A stretch of 64,000 bases of DNA from Callorhinchus milii (GCF_018977255.1 NW_024704742.1:24368001-24432000); one strand, 5' to 3'; positions 1 through 12,094 are shown, numbered from the stretch's first letter. Numbers and translations are program-made. Notes: a model not told the origin generated them from the letters alone.

Positions 1-53
1 AATTCCTGCATTAAAATGGCCAACGTGTCAGAGTGCTGGCAGGGGTCGCTTAC

Positions 54-133
54 ACTGTGCGGGGGTGGCTGAGCTCGAGCTGGCTGGAGACAGACTGCCC
101 CGTTATGCTGGTGTACTCTGCTCTGCCAGGCAT
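54..133 (-). CDS. Candidate first coding exon (MPGRAEYTSITGQSVSSQLELSHPRT, phase 2) of an unidentified gene running off the left edge
   Basis: On the minus strand: gagATG (purine at -3) at 133, 26 open codons, then a GT|GTAAGC donor at 54/53; TTTAAA at 228-233 upstream; unique, GC-rich sequence. No homology recognised. Confidence 0.3.
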
Positions 134-504
134 CTCAATGTTTATTCTCAAAGCTCCTCGCTCAGTGTTTCTGTTTGAGTAAGGACACTGCAGAACACTG
201 CGGCAGCTCGGCAGTCCCAGCGTGGCATTTAAAGGGGCAGTGTCAGCTAAATAGAAATAAGAATGTCAGAAATTCAGAAATTAGGAACAGTGGAAGGCCA
301 TTTGGCCTTTCGAACCCACTCTGCACCACTGACCATCTGTCTCATGGCCCAAACTCCCTTAATCCCACCTCCCCATCTTCCAATACAGCAAACAATTAGT
401 GATTTCAGAGAACCCACACGTACTGCAGTGCTGCCTGAAAAACATCGGCACCATATGGGAATAACACTGGTGGGAATAACATTTGATTATGATGGAACTA
501 TATT

Positions 505-523
505 TGACCACAAGGGGGCACCG
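505..523 (+). promoter_or_regulatory. CTCF-like motif
   Basis: TGACCACAAGGGGGCACCG closely matches the CTCF consensus TGGCCACCAGGGGGCGCTA. Confidence 0.5.
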
Positions 524-728
524 TTTCATCTTCTTCTTGCAGTTACGTAGATGGTTGCATGGTGTAATTATGGCAAGGAAACAGGACATTTACCCCAATT
601 GATACGTATCACCATGTAAGCTCCCAGCCCTCCTATTCCCGTGGACTAACCCCCTCTTGCCTTCTCCCTCATATATACATCAAGTTTTCTCTTAAATGCA
701 TTGCCTTTTTTGCTTCAACCATAGCTTC

Positions 729-954
729 CAACAACAACAACTACTTACATTTGTATAGTGCCATTCACATCGGAAGGACATCCCAAGGTGCTGGATAGTC
801 AGAGATTTGAACCCTGGGGTTGGGATCAGGAAGAGTGGAGGGCAGGGAGGGTGGGGTGGGCTGACCAAAGGCATGGTTGAAGAGGAAGGTCTTGAAATGG
901 GCCTTGAAGGAGGCAAGGGATGGGGTGAGGCGAAGGGACTGTGGGATGGAATTC
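729..954 (-). mobile_element. L2 LINE 3' end fragment
   Basis: (CAA)n tail on + and tail stem-loop; similar to the 3' end of the L2 copy at 36500-37345. Confidence 0.8.
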
Positions 955-1552
955 TGGCAGTGAATTTCAAATTCTCACCACTCTCTGTGTCAGCTAACAC
1001 AGAGAGTGGGGAGAAGTTCCTCCTAAACTCTGTATTAGATCTAATGTTAGCTAGTTTACATTTGTGCTCTCTAGTTCATTATAGGATTGCATCACTGGTG
1101 TTCTCCAGGGGCCCAAAATAAATTGCAATCAATTTTATTTACTCTAGCTAGTTTGTAAGCAACGGGCAGTATTTATTCCAGTGCCCGATAAACCAAAATA
1201 TGACCTGACCCCAAAGAGCCCTGTTGACGCCTTTTTCTTGTTAAATTGTTTGAACTATTTCATCCAAGTTTATTTATTGCACAAACTCCATTTTTGTCAT
1301 TTAAACTATTTTAAAATGGTTTTCAGACAATTCGAACAATGATTTCCTGCTGCTTAATGGCAGGACCATTTTCCACCTAAGCAGCTATTCTATTGAGGTG
1401 GAGATCAAATATGTCTCTATGGGATCTCCTGCAGTGGCCCAGAATTGACATCAGCTTGGCCCAGTTGGCACCATTCATCCCCCTGGGCCAGAAGTACAGT
1501 TGGGGGCAGTATTGGGGTAACAAGAGGAGCAACTGGAGAAGGTACGGTATAC

Positions 1553-2540
1553 CAACAACAACTAATTGCATTTATACAGTGCCCTTCATGTCGGGAGGAC
1601 ATCCTAAGGTGCTGGACCGTTGAGGGAAGTGGCATAAATGCTGAAGGCCCGATCACCACGAACATGAAGAAGGCAATGCCTGCTGAGCAAAGGGAGCGAG
1701 CAGTTTGGTAGGTATTAAAAGATCACAGAGACAGGGAGGGGCAAGACTGTGGAGGACTTTAAAAGTGCGGACAAGGATCTTCAACTTAATTGTCTAGGGG
1801 ATGGGGAGCCAGTGAATCCGAATGAGGATGGGAGTGATTGCCACCCGGAGCTTGGTGCGGGAGAGGATACAAACTGCAGAGTCTGAATGGTCTGCAGCTT
1901 GTGGAGGGAGGAGTTGGGAAGTCCAGCAAGCAAAGAATTAGTGTAGTTAAGCCTGTACTTGATAAAAACATGGATGCTGGTCTCGATGACCTGCAAGAAG
2001 AGGTAGTGGGGGAAGCATGCAATGTTGTGATGGTGGGGAAAAGCTGAATGGGTCAGAGCATGAATGCGGCATTTAAAGGCCAGTTGAGGTTCGGTACTAG
2101 CTCAGTAAGTTGGAGAATGCATCCATGTAGATTGTTGCTGTCAGCGCCTGAGGTGAGAAAGCACTTATGGAAGCCAAGCAGGAGAGCCTCTACCTTGTTG
2201 ACATTCAACTGGAAAACATTAGCTCTCATTCAGAACTTAATGTTCAAAGCAATGATCCTGGAATCAAGGGTGGAGACAGAGGGATATAGTTAGATCTTAG
2301 CTGCATACATGTGGAAGTTAACCCCATGCCTGTGGATGACATCACCAAGCGGGAGCATGAAGATAATAAAGAGAGGACAAGGACAGAGCCCTGAGGAACG
2401 CCACACGTTTCAATGTGGGGGCAAAAGGAGGAGCTGTTGGTACGTATGAAGTGGAGACTTAGGGTGAAGTAAGAACGAGACCAGGCAAGGACATAACCGT
2501 GAAGATGGAACAGAAAGGAAAAGCAATGGAGAAGAATAGA
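1553..2540 (-). mobile_element. Decayed L2 LINE (RT to 3' end)
   Basis: Minus-strand remnants GVPQGSVL and LNYTNSLLAGLPNSSLHKLQTIQ; frameshifted; (CAA)n tail at 1553. Confidence 0.85.
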
Positions 2541-2568
2541 ATATCCAGCTAAACCCTTAATGATAAAA

Positions 2569-2990
2569 ATCCAGGCTGACACTTCACTGCAGTGCTGAGG
2601 GGAGCAAGACATTGCCAGAAGTGCAGTACTTCACATGAGGTGTTAAACCAATAATCTGTCTGTTGGTCACTTCCTGTACCTGCGCTGCTAATATCAACCT
2701 GGCTCACTCAGTGGGTAGCACTCTCACCAGAGTCAAAAGATTGTAGGGTCAAGCTCTATGTGGGACTTTCAATTCACAATCCAAGCTGACACTCCAATGT
2801 TGTGCTAGAGATGCCCCAGCTAACAATCCTCCAAATAAAATTGGTTGTTCACTTCATGGCACTTTTTTGGGGACATTGCTGTGCGCAAATTGGCTGCGAC
2901 ATTCGTCTTCAAAACACACAATCACGACACTTTACAGTTTATCCTGTGAAGTGATTTGAGGCATCCTCCAAATGTGAAAGGCACTCTAAC
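2569..2990 (+). mobile_element. Two Deu-domain (SacSINE1-like) SINE fragments
   Basis: atccaggctgacacttcactgcagtgctgagg...gaggtgttaaacc Deu-like segment; second copy from 2700 has a tRNA-like head and an L2-type tail. Confidence 0.6.
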
Positions 2991-3647
2991 CAACTAGCGA
3001 GAGTGCCAAGTACCAAATATTATTGTAGAGGCAGAGAACAGGAGAAGCAACCTGCTCTGAAGCCTGAGACAGCAAGTCACGTCCTTTGATTGATCCGCTG
3101 TCCTCTGTACTGTACAGGGGCAGGAACCATTATTACCATTCAACTGATCTTTGTGCTGCTGCAGACAGCAGCTTGCTTTTCTGTTCTTTGCCGCATTCAC
3201 AAAATCACTGGTCTGGGCTCAGACAGTCTCAGAAAATGCTCTGTTACCATTGATCCGCGTGAGTTCAAATGTTTCCTGAGCAAATCTTCAGGGTGTCCAG
3301 CAACTTACATCAAGTATTTTCAGGGGAGAAAGGAGGTGGGCCTAGGCACGAACAAAGAAGTAGGTATTAAGGCGGGACGTGAAAACAGATAGAAAAGGGT
3401 AAGACAGAAGGGGTTGAGGAAGGGAGTTCCAAAGGTTAGGGTTGTAGAATTGGAAAGTTCAGCCACCGATGGTTGCACAGGTAGGACAGGGGACACACAA
3501 CAAGGCCAGGTTGGCTGAGCAGAGAGGTCAAGCAGAGGAGGGCAGAAGTCATAAAATACGTTTTAAACTATATCCTCTTTCTCTGAAAAAAGCATATATC
3601 AAATGTACATAAAATCATCGTAAGAACATGTGACGTGCAGCTGTTTT

Positions 3648-3969
3648 GGAGTCCTGTGGCTCAGTGGTTAGAGCACTTGCTTTGCAAGTGAGAGACCTGA
3701 GTTCAATTCCAGACAGGGCGAAACCTTGGGCAAGTTTCCTTACTCCACACGCCTAATAATAATCCCTCCAAAAAAACAAAACAATAATAAATTGGTCATT
3801 TTCAATCCATATGACTGTTTGTGGGACATTGCTGTGCGCAATTGGCTGCCGCGTTCGCCCACAAATATACAGTCAATTCACTTTACAGTGTGTTCTGTGA
3901 AGCGCTTTGGGACGTCCTCCCGACGTGAAAAGCGCTATATCAAATGCAAGGATTATTATTATTATTATT
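3648..3969 (+). mobile_element. Young tRNA-derived SINE, short form, full length
   Basis: A box TGGCTCAGTGG, B box GTTCAATTCC, anticodon-like loop TTTGCAA (TGC, Ala-like), L2-like stem-loop, (ATT)n tail; near-identical copies elsewhere in the window. Confidence 0.95.
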
Positions 3970-4028
3970 TTGCTCTTTTACAATAAGGTTCGTTTTATAT
4001 TGTCTGTTGAAATAACGTCATTTGTTTC

Positions 4029-4394
4029 TTATCTCTCCTGAAGCCCTTTTAGTACTTCTACTGGAGTACACTTCAGCAGGCAACTGGAACAAAGTGATCA
4101 TTTATTCAAGTGCTTCAGTGAGGGCCAGGAGACCATTTAACTGTGGATGGTTTGAGGATTGGGGAAGGCAATCGTCACCCACATCTATCCATGAACATTT
4201 CCAGAAGAGATCACTTTGTGGTTAGGAACAAAGTTCATGGCTGATTTTTGTCTTCCCTAACATTAGGAGTGCTGAGGCTTATTATACAGTCTTCCCTGTG
4301 GTCCCACCAGCTCAGACCAGGATTTGAACATGGAACCTTCCCGCTCTGAACGGCTCAGGGACTTGGTAAACTCCCTGAACTGACTGGGCAGCTA
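4029..4394 (-). mobile_element. LF-SINE-like ancient SINE
   Basis: Reverse complement has ggaaggttccatgttcaaatcctggtctgagctg...gcctcagcactcctaatgttagggaagacaaaaatcagcca...cttcaggagag, colinear with the LF-SINE consensus as I recall it. Confidence 0.6.
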
Positions 4395-4449
4395 CTAACA
4401 TGTAATGTAAGATAAAGTTACAAACTGTTCTCTCTTTGGTTTCTTCACA

Positions 4450-5690
4450 GATGAAAATCTAATTGAGGTGAAAAGGGTCTGTTGAAGTGAGTCCACGCTG
4501 GGTTGTTTATTCGGCTTTCCAAGAACGGCAAAAGATTTAAGGATTGGTAAGGGTTTAAAATGGAGAGGTAAGGGTTCTGTGATTCTGCATAAGGTTCGTT
4601 CTCTTAGAGAAGCAATCTATAAATCAATTATTTTGTAGGTGAAATCATGATTGAGTTCAGATTGGAGACTATCTGTGAGTGGAATTCTGTTTCAGACTGA
4701 AGGCTAAGCTTGTGTGATTTCCTCCACTGAGAAATCTTAGGGAAAGGTGAAGGTCCACTGTACAAGGGTTTAGGAAGGCTGAACAAAGTAGGCGAGATAA
4801 ACCTAGAAGCGAAGCACTGGTTTGTTGGTATTGTATCAAGCTCAAGCTGTAAAAGTCCACAGAGTATGAGGAATGAGAGGGTGGTAAATGTTTCTTAGAA
4901 TGTGTTGAGTTTCTGGTAAAGAACAAGTTGGAGTGGGAGCTGGTGTGAGGAGGCAGGGAAGAGCGAAAGCATTATCCATTCATACCCTCTATACTGGCTG
5001 CTATTCATTCTGGACAAGGTTCAGGTTCTGGTCAAAGGCCATAGGTGAACCTATCCTCTCACTGCTTGCTGCTCAGAGCTGTGATTTAACTCCCACATTT
5101 CTGACAACGTCTGATTTAATCCTCTCACTCGTGTGGAACCATCCAGAATTCAGCCCCCGCTCCCCCGAGGATAGGTGAGGACTGAGAGCAGAGATTAAAC
5201 ATGAATACAATAAGCAAATAGCCAGGAAACAGGGGTCATGTGCTTGTGTACTTGTGTGAGATGTGAGAGGAAATGAGAGGCTAGAGTTCACCGTAAGAGT
5301 AACCGCAGAGAAATGAAGCTGTGAAACCTCTGCCAAGACACCTGAAAAGAAAAGCTTATGGAGAGCAGGCTTTGTAGTTCTAATCAGGGTCTTGACAGAT
5401 TTAAAAGAGTTTTCTCCAACTATCCAGTTCAGATGTTGTGTGATTTCTTTGTTGAGTGAGGGGAGGGCACCTTCTTTTGATGCAGGAATGATCTTGTGAG
5501 GCTGAGACCTGGGAAAGCAATGCACGGAGCTCTTCACGTTTTCGAGTCCGCAGGGATCCATCCATCTGTTGTGTGTCCTAATGTGGCTAATCTATTGCAG
5601 TCCGTTGTCGTATGTGCTAGGTTCTAAATGGGGGACTCACTATAGATGAGCAGAGAGATCGAGGGGGTCGAGAATGTAGATCTTTCGAAT
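4450..5690 (-). mobile_element. Highly degenerate LINE (probably L2) ORF2 remnant
   Basis: Weak minus-strand translations resembling the L2 pre-RT region (SGWFHTSERIK; PYQSLNLLPFL, similar to YRPISNLPFL). Confidence 0.35.
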
Positions 5691-5711
5691 CAAATTTGCA
5701 GGTTTAGAAAG

Positions 5712-5830
5712 CAGTGAAATGGGAATGCTGGTATTTATTACAGGCGGTATGCAATATAAAAGTAATGAGGTGTTTATATGCAGCATTGATCAGACCCCAT
5801 TTAGGGTGTTGTGTTGTGTTGGGAACCTAA
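5712..5830 (+). mobile_element. CR1 LINE fragment
   Basis: Decayed match to the CR1 motif GMLAFIARGIEYKSKEV...ALVRPHLEYC. Confidence 0.65.
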
Positions 5831-6913
5831 TCTTAGTATCCAATTATTTCAGTACCCAATCATATTAAAATATACATTTCTCACAGGTAGGGAAGCAGAC
5901 CTACAAAATGGCTGTGTTTTGACTCCAGCCACATTATGCAGGAGATACAAACAGGTGCAGAAGTGTCTGTGTGTTTTGTGCGCAGGGCGATCAGCAGATT
6001 GTTGCAGTTCTGTCACTCCCTTTCGGGTTCTGCACTGCACCAAATTTTTTCCTGCTGATTCAATTACTGGGCACATCCTTCAGCAAAGACTGGCTCCCGG
6101 TACTCTGACAGATAAATGGTAATATGTCATTGACTGGTCGAGCTCATCTTGGCTTCAGGCTGCAAGGATATTCCAAAACTGCATCTCATTAACTCTTAAT
6201 TGCTTCAAAGTATTGTAAGTGTGTCTGGTCTCTTACACCACCCACAGAGAGGCTTCCAGTACTGCCCTGCCTTGGGTAACATAGCTGGGACACTAATTCC
6301 CCATGCATATTTTCCCCATAAAAATTTCACTGCCCAGTGCATTGTAACTGGGACACACTGCCTATCTATTGAATCACATCTAAGTGCTCTGAGTCGTACC
6401 CTGTGTGAGAGGCGTTGTATAAGCGCTAGTTGTTGTTGAATTGCCTCCCATGATATCATCATTGTGTGCAATAGGTTTTATTTTTTGTTCATTAATGGGT
6501 AAAAATGGAATAGAGCAAATAGTGCCTTCATGTAATACTATGCTCTGCAGCATTCATGTTACAGTGCATATTCTGTGAAGCGCTTTGAGACGTCTCAACA
6601 ATGTGATAAGGCGCTATATCAAATGCAATGATTATTATTATTATTTAATGTAATGTATGTGGTACCTTTTAAATTTACATCAATGATGCCAAACACCAGC
6701 TCAAATCTTCTGTCTGCTACCCACTGGCCTCAACTTACATTTCCTATCTTCCCCCCGCACTTTTCTTTTAGTGATGAAGTGAAAGTCCCCAGCATTTTAT
6801 CTAATCTTATGGTCCCCTCAAGCCACGCACATTCTGCTATCAGAAGAGTCGCTCAAAGAACCTTTGCCCATGCTGCTCTGAGCTAGCCACCAGGGGTCAT
6901 AATTCTTAATTCT

Positions 6914-7223
6914 TAATCCTTGCATTTGATATAGCGCTTTTCACGTCGGGAGGACGTCCCAAAGCGCTTCACAGAACACACTGTAAAGTGAATTGACTAT
7001 ATTTGTGGGCAAACGTGGCAGCCAATTGCGCACAGCAATGTCCCACAAACAGTCGTAGATTGAAAATGACCAATTTATTATTGTTTTTGGTTTTGGAGGG
7101 ATTATTATTAGGCTCTGTGTGGAGTAAGGAAACTTGCCCAAGGTTTCGCCCTCTGCCTGGAATTGAACTCAGGTCTCTCACTTGCAAAGCGAGTGCTCTA
7201 ACCACTGAGCTACAGGACTCCAC
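6914..7223 (-). mobile_element. Young tRNA-derived SINE, short form, full length
   Basis: Reverse complement of the 3648 element; carries the AG-insertion variants. Confidence 0.95.
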
Positions 7224-7394
7224 AAGCAATTTAGGACAACTCTCCCTCTAAGTTTGCCCTGTAATGACGAGTAACACAAACCTTTTTTACCATCTCCTCA
7301 TAACCTTCTAGCTTAGATTGGGAGCCCAGCAAGACCTGGTACTAAACCTGCATTCATTGAAACATTGACAATTTCTGTATCGAATAGAACAATT

Positions 7395-7655
7395 CAGAAA
7401 CAAAAACAGAGAGAGCTGGGAAAACTCAGCAGGTCAGGCAGCATCTCTGGAGAAAGGAAAAGTGAGTCAACATTTCGGGTCCACGACCATCAGCAGAACT
7501 GGGGCATGTTGGGAGGGAGAGGTTTTTAAGGACAAGTTGAGGGGGTGGGGGGACAGGACAAGGAAGACAAAGAAGACAAGAAAGAAGACAATCATCGCCC
7601 CAGACACTCTTTGTCTCTCAATGGTGCTTTGCCTTTTCTGCACTATTAACTATTA
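7395..7655 (-). mobile_element. Penelope-like element terminal fragment with degenerate hammerhead motif
   Basis: ctcagcaggtcaggcagcatct...gtcaacatttcgggtccacgacc is the reverse-complement homologue of 58190-58322; resembles the abundant chondrichthyan Penelope terminal repeat. Confidence 0.7.
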
Positions 7656-7697
7656 GCTAGAGAAAACGGATTCATCACTGTAGAAGTCGAAGGAAAT

Positions 7698-8525
7698 TAT
7701 TTTGAAAATATATTTATTTATAATATAATATTTAGTACAACAGAAATTCAAAGCAAAACACATCTTCTTTTCTCACAATGCAAAACACATTCCGTTGTTT
7801 ACGGTTCATTCATGTGTTTTTTTTGGGACATTTCCTTTAAAACAGTCATGAGTCGCCCCTGTGTCCACCACATCCATGTTTGCGCCCACACACACCCCGA
7901 TAAGGCGCACTTGCCACTTTCGGAAGGCGCCCGATGTGCCCTGTACATGCACATGTTTACCATACATACATTTTTGGGACACTCTTTGGTTACTTCTCGA
8001 GTGTCCTTCTGTACCTTAACGTTTACTTCAGTCAGTTTTGGGTGAGCTCGTGGGCTATCCGGTGGGTGCCCCCTGAGCGGTTTGTGCTGGAGCAGCTCCT
8101 GCCGAGGTCAGGCCCCATCTGGCTTTTGCCGTGGTTGAGCCGAACTTCAGCTTGTCCCTCAGTATATAGTCCCTGATCCTAGCGTGCGCAAGCCTGAGGC
8201 AGGCTCTCACTGTCCCCTCATTTTGCCAGAAGAACACCTGGTTTCGGGAGTGCCAAAGGGAGTACCAAAGGGCCTCCTTTACCAAGTTTATGATCCTCCA
8301 GGCACACTCGATGTGGGTTTCATTGTGAGTGCCTGGGAACAGGCCGTATAGCACCGAGTGCCGTGCCACCAGGTCCCCAGGGACAAACCGCGAGAGAATC
8401 CATTCCATCTTTTTCCAAACCGCCTTTGCCAAACAACACTCCAGGAAGAGGTGGTCCACGGTCTCCTGGCCTCTGCAGCCGGCACGAGGGCAACGTGCTG
8501 ACTGGCCCAGACTTTAACAGTGCAT
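7698..8525 (-). mobile_element. 5'-truncated Tx1/L1-clade LINE (ORF2 C-terminus and 3' UTR)
   Basis: Zinc knuckle CPRAGCRGQETVDHLFLEC followed by WRIINLVKEALW...RDKLKFG; AATAAA near the 3' end; exact 15-bp TSD GAAGTCGAAGGAAAT at 7683-7697 and 8526-8540. Confidence 0.92.
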
Positions 8526-8997
8526 GAAGTCGAAGGAAATGTACATAACTCGGTTATGTTAGTCCAATAATTCAATGACCGGGTTGAAAAATATTAATTC
8601 TGGGCCATCGCGTCACAGCTGCTGTGACTTCCTTTGTGAACAACAACAACTTGCATTTATACAGCGTCCTCCACGCCGGGCGGTGTCCCAGAGCGCTTAA
8701 TAGTACAAGTGAAGTGATGTCAGGAAGATTTCCTGCACATGGAGTGTGTGCACAGCCTGCAGGAAGTGAAGTTAGTGACCTGATGATCTTTGTTTAGCGA
8801 GGGAAGCCGGCTAGTCAGTGCCGCCATCACTCTAAGTGAAGCAGTACTGTACCAAGCATGTTATAACATGTTATAACCCTGTACATGTTACAGTCTTCCC
8901 ATTAACATTTTGTTAGCTGAAGTTTACTGGCTTGTGATTCATAATTCTTTGGCCTCTGATTTCGCAACTATTAGTCACAAGAAACCTGGTTTGCAAA

Positions 8998-9360
8998 TTT
9001 TTTGAGGTCATTCCGAGTGTCTGACCCATAAGGAAATCCTATCACCATGCTTAAGAGTATCCAAATTAGACTTTGATGCATTCCACCTACACTTGGAAAT
9101 TTCTGTGTATTGAAATGATATGTGCGCTCTCTTTCCGGAAGGATGCATCCTGCTTACCTAATTTTGGAGAGTATTAGGGACAGGTTGGCAAGAGCCAAGG
9201 CTTGGGGACCCAGAGTGAGTGTTGGGGTATGGCTGAAGTCTAACCAACTGAAACCGCATAGCTTGTCAATGAAAACACTATCTTGAAAGCTTCACCCTGC
9301 TTGTCCAGTTAAGACCACCCCATCCATTAGAGCTCTGGCTAGCAGAAAATCCAAGCATGG
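8998..9360 (-). mobile_element. Unclassified poly(A)-terminated interspersed repeat, copy 1
   Basis: Shares catgcttaagagtatcca and cctgcttacctaatt motifs with five other loci. Confidence 0.75.
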
Positions 9361-9745
9361 ACATGGAGGAGTCTTTCTCTTATCAAAGTTTTGATTTTGG
9401 ACTCTGCGTTTTTTTTAAATAAATTGCCACGCAGAAGACGTGACATTTCTTGTGTTCAGTGACCTTTAATTGCTCAAAATACTGTCAAATCTTTTCAATA
9501 GGCACACTTTCAGTGGCAACCAGCTCTACATCCTCCTCGCTAGCACTAAAAGCATCACCCACTCCATCCTGCAGAATATCAGAATCATTTTCTGACTGAT
9601 TGCCACCCACACTACCTGAAACTTCACATGCTCCTCATTGCTTTCCCAGCTGAGCTCCTCATGTGATGCACATCCTAGACAATATCGAGAATGTTTGTAA
9701 CTATATAGAAGACCTGTAGCATATTGTTTAGAACGTCCCAAACGA

Positions 9746-9980
9746 TTCCCAGGCGGGGTGGAACCTTAGGCAAGTTTTCTTACTCGACGTGCCTCTGTTT
9801 ACCTAGCAGTAAGTAGGAACTCACTTGTTGATCGCTTTCCGAAAGTAATGATTTATTTTATATATATATATTTAAAAAATTTGGTCACTCAATCTACGAC
9901 TGTGGGACACTGCTGTGCACAATTCGCTGCCATGTTTCACCCACAAAATGTACAGTCAATTCACTCTACAGTATATTCTG
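9746..9980 (+). mobile_element. Older long-form tRNA SINE, partial
   Basis: SINE body containing the extra ctgtttacctagcagtaagtaggaac segment. Confidence 0.8.
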
Positions 9981-11259
9981 AGTCAGGAACAGACCAGAGT
10001 GATTGAATTTCCATGGCCCTTCAGGCACTGCCCTATATCCTGTTCTATAGGCTGAGGGGCAGCTATCACAATCAGTGGAAATAACGACAAAGAGTTGATT
10101 TGTACCTGGAGCATCTGTAACTCCATCGAGATGTGACGGTGAATTATCTAAATTCAAAAATACTCTCTGGCTAGAGCTCTGAGACATTTACAAAACACAG
10201 GCCAAACCAGTGCAGTCCGAGTGTTCCCGCCCAGCTGGCTGGAATGCGAAATGATTTCCCCAGATTTTGATATAGCTCATATAAAGTCAAAGCATCTTAA
10301 AGCACGTCCCGTAGTAATTGCTGTGAAGTGCATTGATTGTGTGTTTTGTAGATGAGAGTGGCAGCCAATTTGCAAACAGCAATACTCCACAAACAGCCAT
10401 GAAGCGAATGATCAATTTATTTGGGGGGTTGTTCACCAGCGCACCACATCACCATTGATATTCTCTATCAATAATGGTAATTAGTGGTAATAATTCCCAA
10501 TATTTAGTGGTAATGCCAGTGACCATTGAAGCCAAGTTTATAATAGAATTGATCAGGAAAAATGGCTATATTATATTAAATAACATAAATATTATATATG
10601 AAATAATAATATGAAATTATATTAACCTGTATGGGGAAAGATGAGAGTATGGGATTAGAATAAAAAGCTCCAATGAGGGAACAAGCGCCAGTACTGATAT
10701 GACGTTTTGAATGGTCTCCTTCTGAGACCATTAATTTCCTATGATTTTCATCCACCTTAGATGGCTGCAGGCAAAACCTTCACTTTACAAGAATGTGGTT
10801 TCTTAAGCTTCCTTGCGGAGGCAAGTCACAGCATATAAATACCAGCAGTGCTCCTGCAGCAAGGGAATATGATCTGATCATTACTTGACATATGCCCTGA
10901 AGCGGGAGCCTGATCCTTTTAGAATAAGTCTTGCGTGTAAGAGATCTCTAGTATAAAGCTGATTCATCCACAGCGTAAATCTGATCAGGCGTCAACCTGT
11001 TAATTTCAGTGCCCAGTTCCATGAGTGAGTGCACAGTTTTCCATCAGGAACAATAAAATGGCCTTGTGCCATGAAATACTTTAATATTATGCAGACAACC
11101 CCTGCTTGCTTTGAATGCCTCTTCTGTGTCTAGTTATTCATTAAATATTTAGCCATGGTGAGGTGAGGGGGCCAGTGGCAGGAATTTTCTTTGAATGTCT
11201 GTGCTGGTAGAATATCCCTGACCCAGTTTCACAAAATCACATTTCTTCACAGGCTCTGA

Positions 11260-11825
11260 TAGGAACATAAGGTAACAGTAACTGGATAAGCTATTCAGCT
11301 ATTGAGCCTGTTTCACCAGTTTATTAAATCTTAATAATAATAATACTTGCATTTGATATAGCTCCTTATCACGACGTTGAGACATCCCAACGAGCATTAC
11401 AGATTATATTGTAAAGTTAATTGACTGTGTATGTTGTGGGTGAAATGCGGCAGCGAGTTGCGCACAGCAGTGTCACCCACAAACAGTTGTGGATTGAGTG
11501 ACCCTCTTTTTGAAAGGGCTTATTACCCCTGGAAAGTGATCCACTAATCGATTAACAACCCGTTTCCTACTTACTGCAAGGCAATCAAAGGCGTGTGGAG
11601 TAAGGAAATGGGTCTTGGGAGATCTTTTAATCCCAATGTCCTGCTCTTTGATCATATCTCTTAATACCTCAACTACTCAAGTATCTGCTTATCCTGTTTC
11701 TAAACATTCCTATAGTATGGTGTTCTAGGGCAGAGAATTCCAGTTTCCCAACTCACTGAGTGAAGAAATGCTTCCTGAGCTCAGTTCTAATTGTTTTGCT
11801 TCTGATTTTAATTTGTTCTCTCGAG
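11260..11825 (-). mobile_element. CR1 3' end interrupted by a long-form SINE (about 11332-11610, minus)
   Basis: CR1-like 3' terminus (aacataag...attcagctattgagcctg) resumes after the SINE with gggcagagaattccag...gtgaagaaatgcttcctga. Confidence 0.7.
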
Positions 11826-12094
11826 TCAAAGACCAGATGGATTCGCGGGTGAAATGAGTGAACCTATGCCAAGCAGACTCAACATCACAGGTAGCGGTGC
11901 ACTCACATTCTTGGGTACGTTTGCAAGGAAACTTTTCAGCTGATGGATCTCATACCATTTCCTTTGTCAGAGCCAGTGCAACAAGGTGATAAGGTGCTAT
12001 ATCAAATGGAAGGATTATTATATTATTATTATAACATGATGATCTGATAGGCGCAGAGTGTCACCCTGCCTTTCAACCAGATGACACGGTCTGC

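Noticed and set aside
2994..3392. Protein-like ORFs on both strands
   Set aside because: In-frame stops nearby and no recognisable homology; may be non-coding unique sequence
3648..3720. tRNA-Ala(UGC) gene
   Set aside because: The head lacks a proper acceptor stem and a T-run terminator and always continues into the SINE body
5811..6122. 103-aa and 75-aa overlapping ORFs as exons
   Set aside because: No recognisable domain or convincing splice sites; the 5' part overlaps a CR1 remnant
6885..6900. Additional CTCF-like motifs (6885; 59035)
   Set aside because: Mismatches in the 3' core; cannot be distinguished from chance without PWM scoring
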